A DNA stretch of 64,000 nucleotides from Epithemia pelagica (lineage: Eukaryota > Protista > Bacillariophyta). Of the stretch, positions 44,915 to 55,296 are shown one piece after another (the first letter of the stretch is position 1; every line of letters begins with the position of its first letter). The notes under the pieces were generated by a model. It ran no database searches. It worked only from the letters and a program-made list of their open reading frames with translations, and had not been told where the DNA came from. The DNA lies in the NCBI GenBank assembly GCA_946965045.2, contig OX337231.1, forward strand, positions 1,426,001 through 1,490,000. Reading direction: 5' to 3'. Both the position numbers and the translations under genes were made by a program.

Positions 44915-45844
44915 ATGAAAATCCAATCGACCGTCTGGCTCGTCGGCCTTCTCTTACGTCCCTTTGTTGCACATGGTGCCTTTACGGGTGTGACAACAAC
45001 TGCTCCGTTTGTGAACCATCGGCAGATCGATGTGCAATCACCTCGTCGTCCTTCCCATGATCGCGTCTCGCGCCATCGTCACGTGTTGTTCATGGGATGG
45101 GGTCCGGATCCCATTTGGTCTACGGCTACCGTCCAATCGAACAGCAATGCCTGTGCCTCGGGAAATTCCGTGGCCATCCAGGTTCAGGTTTCGCCAGAAA
45201 CTGCGGCAGACTTTAAGATTCCGGGCCAATATGTGCAAGTTCGTCTGGATGAAGAAACCAAACCCTTGTTCCTTGCCATTGCATCGGCGCCCGAACCAGA
45301 AAATCCCGTTTTTGAGTTCTTGATCAAGAAAACAGACAACAATGACTGGATGACCGAGGTTGACCCCGATACCTCCATCGAAGTATCACAAGTCCTCGGC
45401 AATGGATTCAAGTTGGAAGAAAATTTGGATGGCTTCAAATTTGATTTCCCGACGCAAAACGTGCTCTTGTTCGCCGCAGGATCTGGTCTTGCCCCCATCA
45501 AATCGGCCATTGAAAGCGATCAGCTCAACGTTGAACCTCAACCTGGAGGCCGCTCATGTCGTCTGTATTATGGTGAGCGTGATGAGAAGGATTTGTGCTA
45601 TGTCGAAAAGTTTGCCCAATGGGAAAAGGCTGGCTATCAGGTGGTCCCTGTCTTGTCACAACCGGACGAGTCGTCTTGGCAAGGGCGCTCGGGATACATC
45701 CAAAATGCCCTGGAAGAAGACGGGATTGCCGTTCCTCGCAACTCCGGAGCACTGCTGTGTGGGATGAAAGGCATGACCGAGTCTGTCAAAGATTTGTTAA
45801 CAAAGGCGGGTGTTTTTGAAGGAAGAATCCTGTTCAACTTTTGA
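44915..45844 (+). CDS. Plastid-targeted FNR-like FAD/NAD(P)-binding oxidoreductase (FNRL/pKIWI502-like)
   Basis: Presequence ending AHGA-F; PGQYVQV, LFAAGSGLAPIKS, LYYG, ALLCGMKGM, terminal NF. Confidence 0.85.
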   Translation: MKIQSTVWLVGLLLRPFVAHGAFTGVTTTAPFVNHRQIDVQSPRRPSHDRVSRHRHVLFMGWGPDPIWSTATVQSNSNACASGNSVAIQVQVSPETAADFKIPGQYVQVRLDEETKPLFLAIASAPEPENPVFEFLIKKTDNNDWMTEVDPDTSIEVSQVLGNGFKLEENLDGFKFDFPTQNVLLFAAGSGLAPIKSAIESDQLNVEPQPGGRSCRLYYGERDEKDLCYVEKFAQWEKAGYQVVPVLSQPDESSWQGRSGYIQNALEEDGIAVPRNSGALLCGMKGMTESVKDLLTKAGVFEGRILFNF

Positions 45845-46291
45845 GCGGAAACAATGAAACCAATATTTGTTGGTACTCTCACCTACTATAATCGAGAAAT
45901 TTATGCTAGCAAAACCCTTTCATCTTACTTCTTTTCCCCTAAACTTTTTGACGTCTTTGGCCTTGGCCTCGGCCCTTCACCATTGCTGGAAGATGAATCA
46001 TCCACGATTCATAGACCAGTAGTGAAGAAGAGCAGTTCAAGAAGGACAAAGATGACAACAGACATCGCAGCTTGGACAGGATGCCTTGGCCAATAAATAA
46101 GGGGAAAGCCAAACATGCGATGTTTCATGTAGGGACTACTTCTACTGCTACAAATGATTACTGGATGTAAGTCGAAAATTATGAGGCTTATATGGGCTAA
46201 ATCGCCAACAAAATTGTTCGTCAACTGTGGACAACATTCTGACAAAGAATTGTCTAACAGAGCATGAACGTCCTTCTTTCTATTCTCTCTT

Positions 46292-49009
46292 CTAGAAAAC
46301 AAGCATTGACTCCGATTCATGGCCGAGTGCTTCCAGATTGGGCCGACATCCTTCATTCAGCATCCCAGGCGGACCGCACATGATGGTGTAGACATCGGTG
46401 CTTGGTTCGAAAAGATGCTTCTCAAACAAAGCCTTGTTCACCAACCCAGTGGAATAGTTCCAGTCGGAAGACCATTTATTGCTGAGGATATAATGGACCT
46501 TGAACCTTTCCGGAAAGTTCTGGGCCCATTGATCCAATGTATCGCGCATCAACAAATCCCCTTCCTCTTTACACGCAAAAATGAGAGATATTAGAGTCTT
46601 GTCCTGTCCATTGCGGAGGATTTCTTGAGCCACCTGGAAGCAACACGTGATGCCAGTTCCTCCAGCGAGCATATTAAACTTTTTCACCGAGCGCTCCTGT
46701 CCCTTGATCAGAAACTTGCCATTTCCAGCGTACTCGATACTACCTGCCGGACCACGAATATCCAAATGGTCACCTTCCTGCAAGCTGTCCAGGTATTGAG
46801 ACATTTTCCCTCCCTTCGGAAACTTGTCGTTGGGTCTGTAGGCCTTGATAAGAAACTTTACACTACCGCGGTCATGGTTTGATGATATGGGCGTGTACTG
46901 TCGAGCGACGGGCTCGCCATCAATTGTCGCCGAAACAAATACGTGTTTCCCTGTCGGCAATCCAAGAATGTGGTCCTTGGAAGGCAAAGCAAAATCGAGA
47001 ATAAAGGAATCACGGCTGACAACTGTTTTGGCTTGAAGACGCAACGAAATCTTCTTGTTGGGATGTAAGGCAAGCTTGTTCCCCGCATTATCTACTAGCT
47101 CGCATGGTAGCTCTTTGTCAGGCACAGATTGCGCGTCAAGATTGCCGATGTAATACTTTTCCAGTAGTTTCACTGCACTCGTCGAATGAATGGCGAACAA
47201 CTCCTCAGTGCAGTCAGCACCCGCATTGATCACAATGGATGCTACACCACCTGGATGAAGGTCAAGATATTCGGTGCAATCATAAACTTTATTCTTGACA
47301 ATGATCCAACACGATCCTTCCGAGTTGTGTTGCTGCACTTCGGAATATGTTACCATTTTGGTGTTGAGAGATGGTGTGGTCGGAGTTGCTAGAACGCTTT
47401 CCTCCTTCTTATCTTGAGGAGTAGTGATAAGGGGTCCGAACCCAGCAGATACGGGTTTGTCCGCAGTTCTGGTCATCCATCCTCCTTTTTGCTGACCTGG
47501 TTGAGTTGGATGTTCAAATCGGTAGACTTGTTCACCGGACGAAAGATGTTCGGTGTGAACTTTGACTTTGAAAATGGGATTGTTTCCCATACCCATGAGA
47601 TTCCAAGTTGGTTGTTCTGGCTGAAGATTGTTGGAATCATCAAACGCGCGGCACCAAATTTCTTTGCATTCCGCAAGCTCGCTCATGGGAACACTGTAGG
47701 CAAACCATATCCAACACCAGTACATACCGTAATCCGTGGGTCGTTCCTTGCGATCAATTTTCGCCAAATGCCAATGAAGACCACAATCGGTGGACACCTC
47801 CACTCGAGAAATAAATCTCCCACCTCCGGTGTATGCATACCCTGCCACTTCATAGGACTCCGTGCTCACTATGGAAAGGGTTTCGTTGTGGTTGGGTTGC
47901 GTAAGCGCTGAGTTGATGTTGAGCTCGTTGAAGATATATTCCGGCTTGTACCACCACTGGCCTTTGAGTGATTCCTCCATGAAAACATGGGGAGGTAATA
48001 TTCGGTTATCGTAATAATGATAATGATTCATGGTCTCGTGTGGGATCACATTGATCTTTTTCAACCATTTGATCATTCTTCCTCCAATGTAACCAGGGAT
48101 AATCAGTCGAACAGGGAAACCGTGATCTGGTTGCAACCGTTCTCCATTGGCCTCGTATGCAATAATAATGTCATAGGCTGGATTCATGGCGCGAGCAAGT
48201 GGGACGCTCGTTCCATACTTGACACTCTTTCCCCAAGGTTCTTCCTTGAAAGGTCCGACTCCCACTTTGTTTGGCAAATCTTCGTAACCGATGAATTCCA
48301 CATGTTTCCCTCCCATTCGTCGATCCTTGACTCCTGCCATTTGCAATAAATCACGAAGGAGGACACCCTTCCACACGTTGGTGCTCACACCGGCCGGTCC
48401 CCAGTTGAAACCCATGGTTTGCCGAACCATGTTTTGTTCTTTTCGTCGATTTCCTGCACAAACCAATGTCACGGGCAATTCACGAGCAGGCATGGCGGCG
48501 ATTTGATCCATGGAAAGCTCTAGTGGAATCGGAACCAGGGGTCCACCAATCAACACAGTATGATCTTCCCATGTTAAGCGAGGGCAAGCACCGTGGTTCC
48601 GTACGTAGTGCAAGGACGCCGGGGTGATAAATTTGTATTGATTCAAGACACTGAGCGGCGGTTCCACATTGAAAGGGTGCTTTCCAGTTAAACGAACTAG
48701 CCTTCCATCACGAGGAACCCATTCATCCGGTGTTCCAACATCTCGTACGTCCGGTGGGCAGTCGAACTGAGTCTTGGCATTTTCGATCACTGAAGCATCT
48801 GGTGTGGATCCTTCACGACCCTCGTTTTCAACCGTCAAGAATGGGATTGGGATTGCTTTGGGGTAGGGTCCGTAGAGTTCCATACAGGATGGTTCATCGC
48901 TTTCGGAAACATCCGAAAACGTTTTTTGGCTATCGTCCTCGGTGGCTTCCATCGAGCTCGTTTGAGTCATGATGGTGGCTATGGAGAGCTCTCTCTGTTT
49001 GGGAACCAT
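46292..49009 (-). CDS. NR: Assimilatory NAD(P)H nitrate reductase, intronless (905 aa)
   Basis: Moco domain (YVRNHG, LVCAGNRRKE), dimerisation domain, cytochrome b5 (HPGG), FAD domain (RQYTPIS), NAD domain (AGGTGIT, MCGPP). ATG at 49009. Confidence 0.97.
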   Translation of the reverse strand: MVPKQRELSIATIMTQTSSMEATEDDSQKTFSDVSESDEPSCMELYGPYPKAIPIPFLTVENEGREGSTPDASVIENAKTQFDCPPDVRDVGTPDEWVPRDGRLVRLTGKHPFNVEPPLSVLNQYKFITPASLHYVRNHGACPRLTWEDHTVLIGGPLVPIPLELSMDQIAAMPARELPVTLVCAGNRRKEQNMVRQTMGFNWGPAGVSTNVWKGVLLRDLLQMAGVKDRRMGGKHVEFIGYEDLPNKVGVGPFKEEPWGKSVKYGTSVPLARAMNPAYDIIIAYEANGERLQPDHGFPVRLIIPGYIGGRMIKWLKKINVIPHETMNHYHYYDNRILPPHVFMEESLKGQWWYKPEYIFNELNINSALTQPNHNETLSIVSTESYEVAGYAYTGGGRFISRVEVSTDCGLHWHLAKIDRKERPTDYGMYWCWIWFAYSVPMSELAECKEIWCRAFDDSNNLQPEQPTWNLMGMGNNPIFKVKVHTEHLSSGEQVYRFEHPTQPGQQKGGWMTRTADKPVSAGFGPLITTPQDKKEESVLATPTTPSLNTKMVTYSEVQQHNSEGSCWIIVKNKVYDCTEYLDLHPGGVASIVINAGADCTEELFAIHSTSAVKLLEKYYIGNLDAQSVPDKELPCELVDNAGNKLALHPNKKISLRLQAKTVVSRDSFILDFALPSKDHILGLPTGKHVFVSATIDGEPVARQYTPISSNHDRGSVKFLIKAYRPNDKFPKGGKMSQYLDSLQEGDHLDIRGPAGSIEYAGNGKFLIKGQERSVKKFNMLAGGTGITCCFQVAQEILRNGQDKTLISLIFACKEEGDLLMRDTLDQWAQNFPERFKVHYILSNKWSSDWNYSTGLVNKALFEKHLFEPSTDVYTIMCGPPGMLNEGCRPNLEALGHESESMLVF

Positions 49010-50206
49010 GGTGATGTGATGGACTGAAATCAAACAAATCTACCTTAGACTGTTTGGAATTGTTGAAGAACGCGGATGTTCTGATCACGACGAAGAGTCT
49101 AAGAATGACTAATGCAACTATGTACGAAGGTTGCTCGAAGCAACTTTGTGACCACGTCTTCTCATCCTTCCTTTTTCGCTCTCGAAAACGCTACGTTGCC
49201 AAGCGAAGAGATACAGGCCGCAACCCGCAAGGTGGTTCCGGATCACAGTTTCTGGAGAACATGCCGATCCCAAAAAGAGGGATGGAAGATGGCAGCAAAT
49301 CCTCCGGAAGAAGTTTCACAAGGGGAATCATGAATCATGCGAGGGTGGAGTGTGCAATAGACTTGGACAGATAGCTAGGCACTGCCACAGGAAACTATGA
49401 CTCGAGCTGTTTTTCATGATGTACTACCAATCACGATTATACAGAAATCCAATGTTTTTGTGTATCAATCTTTATAAAATAAGAACTCTGAGATTTGAAA
49501 TTACGGCCGTCCCGACTCCCTCTATCTTAGATGCCAAATCAAATTACCAGCTTGAGCTTCCGCCGGAAGTTGAAGTCCGCTGGGCTTGGGGGGAGGACGC
49601 GAGACGCGAGACAACATACCCCCTAGCGGAAAGGAGAGTCCCGCTTGTGAATGGGTAGATACATTCGGAATCCACTCAGGAATCACTCAACCAGGACTCA
49701 CCAATCCGCTACGGAGTAGAGACAACAAACAAGGGAGTACAATATCGGTAGAGTAGCTACCCCACCAAACACCACCCAAACCCCAAACCCAATAGCCCCC
49801 CAACAGCCATCATCTCACATCTCAGCATTCAGCATACTCGTAGAGCATAGACACCTATTAACCCCAAGAATACTGGTCGTACTAAGGAGTATCCTACATA
49901 CTCCTAACTTCTAATTTCTAATTTTGGCACTTTGGACACAATACAAGCTGGCTTCGCGCCTCACATACCTAGTGTATTACAGTACAAAAATTGTGTACAA
50001 ATTTTGTAATTACTCCCTTTTCTTTGGTACATATCATTTGATAGTAATCTAGCGGTGCGGACGCGTTGAGGTTTTCCTGTTCCTCACATAATTTCGTGAT
50101 GATAAACGAAAACAAAAACAAATGCAACCGCTTCCGGTCACCATAGCCGTCACATGCCGCTGGTACGTGATGTAAAGCGCCAGATCTATAGCATAGGTAT
50201 AACATA

Positions 50207-52125
50207 CTCCCTCCGGCTCTTTTTTATCGCACGAATTTTTTTTCTAAAAATCAGTCGCATAAACACCCGTCGTAGGACCTGGTACATTTCTACAGGAGGA
50301 TGGCCGGCTCATTCGGAGTCGAATTTTAGAGATGAACATACCCTGTGACACGTGCCACAAAATCTATCCATTCCTTCAATCTTCACTCCTCAACGGTTCA
50401 GCAATCTCCCTCCACCAAAAATAACCACGAATAGCAGCAGCAACAACAACGCAATACACAATGATCTATCCTATGGGTACAATCATTGGCCGTAGCCCCT
50501 AGTTGCCTCCTTGCTCAATTGGAGGTCAACCAGGTATTCTGTAGGACTAATAGGATTAGTTTCTACTCTTGCAGATTGCTGCTTGTAGGGCTGGAGAGAG
50601 CGTCTGTGACTTGCAGCACATGGGGAAGCTCCCCCCTTCTCTCCATGCCCTGTTTGTTCATATGTGGAATCTTGTAGTCATTCCCTCCTTCCTGTTCAAT
50701 TATTTGATTGAAACAGGACTGGAGGGTAAGCCATGTGTGGTTCAGTTTCTGTCTAGGGTATGAAGCAAAGGCAGACTGCACCGACTCAATCAGTTGCCCT
50801 TCACTCGACCCAACAATCAAACTATGACTCTGGATTGCACGAAAGAAACCCAGGTCACAGATATTTGTATCAGGACTGTTTGCAGCTTGGGTGAAAAACT
50901 CAGCCTTGACTCCCAACTCCTCCATGGCCCTCAGAAATTCAACAAAGTAGATGTCCCCTTCTTGAATGTGACTTTTTGCTCCGTCCTGCTGAATCCTCAG
51001 GGTCCTTCTGTTCCTGTCAGCTTCTGGCCATTTCTCCAATATAGCTGGCATGAGACATTCCATTAGTAGATCCCTGTAGACATCCCTAGTGATAGAAGTG
51101 TTCTTCCACACAAGGGTCCCTCTCTGCCTGTTCACGCTGTTTCGCTGTGCTGGAACCCACTCACCAACTGACCAAATGCCAAGTTTTCCATCCCACCACT
51201 GATTCAGTGCTGTAACAAAGCGAGGACGAGCAACTGCACACAAGAACATCACTTTGGTGATGTGGCTTTTGTGTTTGCAGGTTCTCAGGGGGTCATTTTC
51301 ATCGTCTGTCAACAGGAAGCGCTGTCCATCCCTTGAAACATGGAACCATTTTTCATCCACATGTATCATATCCATCATGTCTTGGTACTCACCGGGTTTC
51401 TGGGGATTGATGAATGAAGTTGCCATTAGGTATCTTGCCAGTTTGTTGGTTTCTGTCAGGTATGGCTTCAAAGCACTGGTGTGTGATCGAAGAGTGCCTT
51501 TCTTGATCCATCGCTGCACCGTGGATTTTGCCACACCCAGAACGGCGGAGAGTTGATTCTGAGATCGACGCATCATGAGGGGGATGGATTTAACCGTTTC
51601 CCTAACCGTAGGAGAAGAAGAAATACGAAATCGTCCGCGCAAGCTTGTCCCAGATGAAATTTCGGGCGAATGAATTACGCCCTCGGCACGTGTGCGCTCG
51701 GCACGCTTCCACAATCTACTTATGGTGGAGGGGTGCACATCAAACATTTTGGCGACGGATGTAAGAGCACCTCTAGGCAAGGACCCATTCTGGCAAGAAG
51801 CCATGAGAATGGAAATCGCACGCCCACGGTCTTCTGACCGTAACTCCTTGTACTTTGCACCCCTGCGGGCCTGCCCTGAAGGTGGCATGGCTTGGGTGGG
51901 CCTGGGGGTCAAGAACCGGTACGCAAAAGTCTGTCTTTGTCAATTTTCCTGTTTTAGTTGCCCACAACTCTCCAGGAATGAGAGATCGAACATACAAATT
52001 ATACATCGAAATGTAGGTCTTGTAAAGAGCTTTCGATCTATATAATTTTTAGCGCCAACGGGCTGGCGCTCGAGACGTTATGTCATTTTTCAAAACTTCG
52101 TGCGATAAAAAAGAGCCGGAGGGAG
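50207..52125 (-). mobile_element. Intact autonomous mariner-like element (plant DD39D/Stowaway-related)
   Basis: Perfect 29-bp TIR CTCCCTCCGGCTCTTTTTTATCGCACGAA, TA TSD on both sides, uninterrupted transposase ORF. Confidence 0.95.
50563..51912 (-). CDS. Mariner-like DDD transposase (449 aa)
   Basis: N-terminal HTHs; IHVDEKWF, IQQDGAKSH, QAANSPDTNICDLGFF; SHITKVMFLCAVARPR. Confidence 0.95.
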   Translation of the reverse strand: MTPRPTQAMPPSGQARRGAKYKELRSEDRGRAISILMASCQNGSLPRGALTSVAKMFDVHPSTISRLWKRAERTRAEGVIHSPEISSGTSLRGRFRISSSPTVRETVKSIPLMMRRSQNQLSAVLGVAKSTVQRWIKKGTLRSHTSALKPYLTETNKLARYLMATSFINPQKPGEYQDMMDMIHVDEKWFHVSRDGQRFLLTDDENDPLRTCKHKSHITKVMFLCAVARPRFVTALNQWWDGKLGIWSVGEWVPAQRNSVNRQRGTLVWKNTSITRDVYRDLLMECLMPAILEKWPEADRNRRTLRIQQDGAKSHIQEGDIYFVEFLRAMEELGVKAEFFTQAANSPDTNICDLGFFRAIQSHSLIVGSSEGQLIESVQSAFASYPRQKLNHTWLTLQSCFNQIIEQEGGNDYKIPHMNKQGMERRGELPHVLQVTDALSSPTSSNLQE

Positions 52126-52210
52126 TAAACAGATTATCCAAAAACATCACGTACGCGGTGCCTGTATCTCGGGAAATAGCAGTGCTTCACGTTGTGCACT
52201 GTTCTGTGGT

Positions 52211-52316
52211 CGCCTCGTCCGCTGCCTCGTTTGTCTCCCCGGCTGTGTGAGAAGCTCTCGCCTCGTCCGCTGCCTCGTTTGTCCCCCCGGCTGTGTGAGA
52301 GACTGTAGCCTCGTCC
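52211..52316. repeat. 48-bp tandem repeat, about 2.2 copies
   Basis: CGCCTCGTCCGCTGCCTCGTTTGTC(T/C)CCCCGGCTGTGTGAGA… at 52211 and 52259; encodes a 16-aa repeat (ASHTAGETNEAADEA) on the minus strand. Confidence 0.9.
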
Positions 52317-53626
52317 TCAACGCAGCACTTGACTGTATGACAACCAATTTCCCAAACCAGGATCTCTTCTTCACAATGTAGTCCACCTTATACCTATTAG
52401 AACGATTAGTAACATCAGCTCTTACGTTTACATCCCTAGTAGAGATTCGCACACATGCCTGGCCTGGAGATTGGAGATGAAACAGTCTGCCTAGGATACG
52501 CAGGCAGTTTGGAAGGAATCATAAATGAACAGTACTATACGAATGATAATCCGCTACCAACCAGGAACACGAACTACCGCAATCAAAACCCCAAACTCTA
52601 GGAGTAGTACTCGGTAGGTTGTTGCTGTTGGTTGCATGGTGGTGATTGGATGCTTGAGGAGAATAATGGGGCTTGTTCTTTTTCAAAGAGGAGACTGCCA
52701 ACCCACTGTGTCCAGCCAGGCCGGTACGAAAGTTGATGGTGTAATTAAAGGACGAAATGGGCTGCAGGACCGGCGCCAGTGTGCTGGTCGTACTTCCTGG
52801 TGTCGCATTGACTCGTCCCGAAATGGTCGTTCCCGAGGAGTGGATGGTTTGGTTGGGAGTTGTGGATTGTGGATGAGACTGCGTTTGTCGATTGTTCGGC
52901 TGTTTGGGAAGAAGAATACCACTGATCGTTTGGTGATTGGTACCATTGCTGGTTCGGGGAAAGGGAAGAAACAAGTCTCGCATTACAGGATCCGTGCTTT
53001 GCGATATCAATCCGGTCGACAACAAGTTGGTTCCACATCCAAAGGAGACATCCACTTGATCATTGTCCACCACGGGCGTTTGTCTTGTATTTGGAATTGG
53101 CTGCATGAGAGTGTGATTATCATCACTGTCGCGATGTGGTTCCAGGTCCGAGTTGTCAATGGTCTTGGGGATATCGGGTGTCACTTGATGGTGGGGGCAA
53201 GACCCATAATGATCATGCCTCCAATCGACGTGGTGGGATGCATTCGATTGGGTGCCGTCGGTGTCCGCAACAATGGCTGAATCCCAGCTGCGTCGGTGGA
53301 GTTTGGGGAACAGGGGCCGCTTGTGTATCGGTCGGGTCCGCACTCGACAATCGACGTGAGCGCCAAGCGCGGTGACTCATGGTCCTGGTTTGAACGGCAT
53401 CGTTTCCCCAAATTTGCCGTCGTCATGGTCGATAAGCAAAGGGGCATAGATGATTACTATCATTGTGTATGTATAAAATTGTCACTTTAGTATTTGTACT
53501 GTAATACACTAGGCAGGTCGCTCGTGAAGCCAGCTTGTAGATTCTCCTCCAAAAGACGTAGGAGTAATATATAATATCCTACCAGATTTGCCGCTCTTCT
53601 TTAATCCTTAGACTTCCACGCCGCGT

Positions 53627-53665
53627 TGTTGTTGGCAAACAACAAACAACAAACAACAAACAACA
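53627..53665. repeat. (AAACAAC)n simple repeat
   Basis: About five 7-bp units immediately before the insertion TA at 53666. Confidence 0.85.
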
Positions 53666-53667
53666 TA

Positions 53668-54387
53668 CTCCCTCCGGCCTTTTTTTATCGCACGAAGTTG
53701 AGAAAAATGACATAACGTCTCGAGCGTCAGCCCGTTCGCGCTAAAAATTATATAGATCGAAAGCTTATTACTAGACTCAAATTTCCATGTATAATTTATA
53801 TGTTCCATCTCACAATCCTGGAGAGCTACATGGAACTAAAAGAGGCTAAAAACGCAATCCAAACTTTGGCGTACCGGTTCTGGCCCCCCAGGCGCACCCA
53901 AGGGATGGCACCCTCTAACTAGGCCCGCGAGGGGGTAAAGTACAAACAATTGCTGGCTAATGACTGTGGACGTTCTATAGACATTCATCTATCCTTCCCC
54001 ATCTGAATGGCACCTTGCCAGAGGTGTTTTGTCTTTCGTCGCCAAAATTTTTGGAGTTCATCGATCCATCATAAGTAGGCTATGAGAGTGCGCAGAGCAA
54101 CTCGCACGCGGTGGACTTAATTAACTCCCCCGAAATTTCATCCAACGCACGTGCGCGTGGTCGATTCCTATGTGTTCTTCGACTGCTGTTACAGAAGCGG
54201 TTAAAAGTGTCACGCGATAGAAGGATAGTTAGGTTGTGGCGCGTGTCACATTGAATGTTCATCTCTAAAATTCGACTCCGAATGAGCCGGCCATCCTCCT
54301 GTAGAAATGTACCAGGTCCTACGACGGGTGTTTATGCGACTGATTTTTAGAAAAATAGATCGTGCGATAAAAAAAGGCCGGAGGGAG
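53668..54387 (+). mobile_element. 720-bp internal-deletion derivative of the mariner family, opposite orientation
   Basis: 28-bp TIR CTCCCTCCGGCCTTTTTTTATCGCACGA and TA TSDs. Ends match both ends of 50207-52125; a degenerate transposase 5' end is retained (VKYKQL…SPEISS…VKSV). Confidence 0.92.
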
Positions 54388-54451
54388 TAGGAGTATTATT
54401 ATGCGTCCACCAAGAAGACATAGATCAAGTGACAAGTTCTACTATCTACTA

Positions 54452-55294
54452 GTGTCTATTCTACCCCGGTACTCATATGAGGACAAATCCTCATATGAGT
54501 ACACTTTCAAAAGAAGAATATCAAATCAATCATGTACTCCTAAGTGGTTTTTAAGTTCAGATTCGTAATCTCCATACTTGAAAACGTACCCCCTGATGTT
54601 CTCATGCTTTAATTGTGATGAGTAGTGACGATACAGTATCAAAAACAGAATTCATCCATGTTGGAGCGATGGTGATTTTCTAAACTGAGTGTTTGGAGGG
54701 GATAAAACAGAAGACAATCAACCTGATGAGTGTTATTATCCCTAGTGATGATGACCAGTTGTCCTTTGCCTGATTGAGGCATCAGATTGAGAGAATTCAG
54801 CCAAAACAAGCCTCCATCACCACAGAGGAAAATTCTGAGACCGTAACAGCATTCGACACCAATACAGGGTCAAATGCGGCGTCTGAGCCTCCTGCACCCC
54901 AACAGTTCATGTACAGGAAGCACAGACACCTTCAGGGAACCAGGAAAGTGCAGTGGGAGACTCAAATCCGCCAATGTCTGTGAAGACAGTTGAACTCCCT
55001 CGACAAAATGGTTGGATTTGCCCTACATAAACTGGATGGATGCATTTTCCAACACACGTAGTGTCTTGCCACATAAACATAGAACATAATGGTTGATTGT
55101 GGTCTATTACTTTTCTATTTTAGTTGTTCATTTTTTTGGTAGAACGGCAGATTCCCATGGTTGGGTTACATTTTTTGTCGATAGCTTCGTACAAAAGCTA
55201 CTGTGGTCTACGTAGATATGATTTTAGTAGGATTGTCCTCATATGAGGACAAGCGCTGTCCTCATATGAGGACAAACCGGGGTAGAATAGACAC
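54452..55294. mobile_element. 843-bp non-autonomous TIR element with palindromic subterminal motifs
   Basis: TIR GTGTCTATTCTACCCCGGT, flanked by TA (or CTAG). Four CTCATATGAG-centred palindromes, two next to each TIR. Confidence 0.85.
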
Positions 55295-55296
55295 TA

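Larger units (their letters stand above)
49944..53537. mobile_element. Non-autonomous TA-TSD element with 45-bp imperfect TIRs carrying cargo DNA; hosts the nested mariner
   Basis: Left end CAAGCTGGCTTCGCGCCTCACATACCTAGTGTATTACAGTACAAA versus reverse complement of right end, 38/45 identical. TA at 49942-43 and 53538-39. Termini related to the MITE at 26378. Confidence 0.75.

Noticed and set aside
6125-49009. Functional link between the moaB fragment and the Moco enzyme nitrate reductase
   Set aside because: The fragment is about 30 codons, frameshifted and 40 kb away; coincidence is the simplest reading.
54450-55296. hAT classification of the TAG…CTA-ended element
   Set aside because: The flanking 8-mers (CTATCTAC versus GGGCAAGG) are not duplicated.
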